The notes under the pieces: generated by a model
Told to the model about the DNA's origin: nothing
The model's database searches: none
Seen by the model: only the letters and a program-made list of their open reading frames with translations
From: Cystobasidiomycetes sp. EMM_F5
Lineage: Eukaryota
Reading direction: 5' to 3'
Assembly: GCA_051047955.1 (NCBI GenBank)
Contig: JBPGPT010000013.1
Span: 372,001-436,000, forward strand
DNA: 64,000 bases
Translations under genes and position numbers: made by a program
Shown: piece after piece, positions 62,252 through 64,000 of the stretch
Numbering within the stretch: the stretch's first letter is position 1
Layout: every line of letters starts with the position of its first letter

Positions 62252-64000
62252 ATGTGGCGTCAAAGGTTGGCGGTCGCAGCGCGACATCAAAGCAGAAATA
62301 TCAGCCATCCTGCAAAGCGCAGTGGATCCAGTCGGTCAGCTTCTACTTCTTCTCAATCAGCGAGAAATGGATGGTCGACGACGAGTTTGGCGTTAGTCGC
62401 GCTTGCTGGATCAGCCGCTACCCTACTCGTCAACGCCCGCTTCATCCATGCAGATACTCAGAAGACGGATGCTCGCACCATTCCCCACCCAGGCGCACCC
62501 TTCCACACTGACTTTGCAGCCGCAATTGCGGAGCTTCAAAAAATATTTGGCGAGCAGGTCTCCATAGACGACGATGAGCGAAAGTCGCACGGGCATTCGC
62601 CAAATACACACCATGGTGAGTTGAATAAGGATCCATAGAAGTCTTACACTGACAATGTAATCTGTAGAGGGTGCAAGTCCCGCAGTTGTGCTGTACGCCG
62701 AATCTACAGAAGATGTCAGCAACGCCATGGTCATCGCGCACAAGTACAGAATGCCCGTAATACCATTTTCAGGCGGGACAAGTCTCGAAGGTCACTTTAC
62801 AGCCCCGCATGGAGGATTATGTATCGACATTTCCCGCATGGACAAGATTCTCAAGATCAATGTGGAGGACGGAGACGTGGTCTGTCAAGCTGGCGCTGGA
62901 TGGCAAGCGATTAATGAACAACTCGAAGAGCAAGGTATACCGCTTTTCTTCCCTCTAGATCCTGGACCAGGCGCGTGTATAGGAGGAATGATTGCAACAG
63001 TAGGCTAGCTACAGACGCTGTGAGGCTAAATTTGCGCTGAGAAGGACATTACAGGGCTGCAGCGGGACCAATGCGATGCGCTACGGGACTGCGAGAGCAG
63101 AATGGATCATCAACGTTACAGCAGTACTACCTAATGGCCGCATCATCAAGACAAGATCCCGCGCACGCAAATCTTCAGCTGGCTTCGATTTGACAAAACT
63201 CTTCATTGGCGCGGAAGGATCACTCGGCATTGTCACGGAGGCTACGCTGAGACTGGCACCAGTCCTACCGAATCGAGTCGCTGTATGCAGCTTTCCCAAC
63301 GTCAAGCAAGCAGTAGCTTGCGTGGTCGACGTCATCAATGCAGGATTGCCCGTACAATGCGCAGAGCTTTGTGATGCTTACACCATGAAGGCAATCAATA
63401 CTGCCAAACTTTGCTCATCCACCTTCGCAGAGGCCGACTCTGTCTTTTTCAAGTTCCAGGGTGATGAAGATGCGATGAGGCGGACGGCAGACCTCGTTAC
63501 AGGAATTATAAAGAAGCATCAAGGTGACAGCATGCGGTTCGCAGCAGACAAGGAGGAGAGTGATGCCATATGGCATGGCAGAAAGAGTGTACATTGGAGC
63601 TTGTGAGTCATCTTAGTCCCCAAATCATGACGCTGGCTGAACATGCATTATCAGAATGGCCATGAAACCTGGCTACGACATGTATTCCACTGATGTCTGC
63701 GTACCACTTAGCAGGTACATCATCTAGGCAAGCAACCCGTTATACCTTTAGCTGATGGCGTCACTGTTCAACAATAGGCTACCTCAGCTGGTCGAAGAAA
63801 CCCAGAAGGATTTGGAGGCGTCCGGTATCACTGCAGGGATACTCGGTCACGCCGGAGATGGGAACTTCCATGCTGGCTTGAGTGTATCCAAGGAGAACTT
63901 TGCGGAAGTTGATGCGGCTGCTGGAAGGGTATGTGGAGACGCCTTGTCGACGTCACCCACCCTTTCGACTAACGCTTCGTATAAATCGATAGTTGGTGGA
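62252..64000 (+). CDS. DLD1: Mitochondrial D-lactate dehydrogenase (cytochrome), FAD-linked oxidase; runs off the window
   Basis: Presequence, PFSGGTSLEGHF, FFPLDPGPGACIGGM, GCSGTNAMRYGT, RARKSSAGFDLTKLFIGAEGSLG, TDVCVPLS and GHAGDGNFH. Confidence 0.95.

Overview
This is gene-dense eukaryotic DNA. Its many 45-90 nt GT-AG introns with CTRAC branch points and its gene content point to a basidiomycete fungus, possibly a Pucciniomycotina yeast; the taxon is an inference. I can support about 33 protein-coding genes. Housekeeping genes: the 5' end of DBR1, COQ2, eIF3L, ATG7, eIF3I, CAP/Srv2, UBC6, prefoldin 3, SLT11/RBM22, an NSRP1-like gene, CWC22 and the 5' part of DLD1. Glycan genes: GH105, a CAP64-like gene, a CAP10/GT90 gene and an SLC35-type transporter. 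An oxidative/transport block at 43-55 kb holds an SDR, a Baeyer-Villiger monooxygenase, an orphan gene, an FMO, a Git3-type GPCR and a DAL5-type MFS transporter. Main observations: (1) an island at 9.9-15.3 kb with three intronless, diverged paralogues of an unrecognised family and a hidden spliced 56-aa four-cysteine microprotein gene between them; (2) an inverted, decayed copy of the D-lactate dehydrogenase 5' end beside the DAL5 transporter, which together with an ICL-superfamily lyase carrying a KKCGA loop suggests a disrupted hydroxy-acid catabolic cluster; (3) several 5-13 nt microexons and GC-AG introns. I recognised no rRNA, tRNA, CRISPR array or transposon. All splice models and family calls were made by eye, without database searches.
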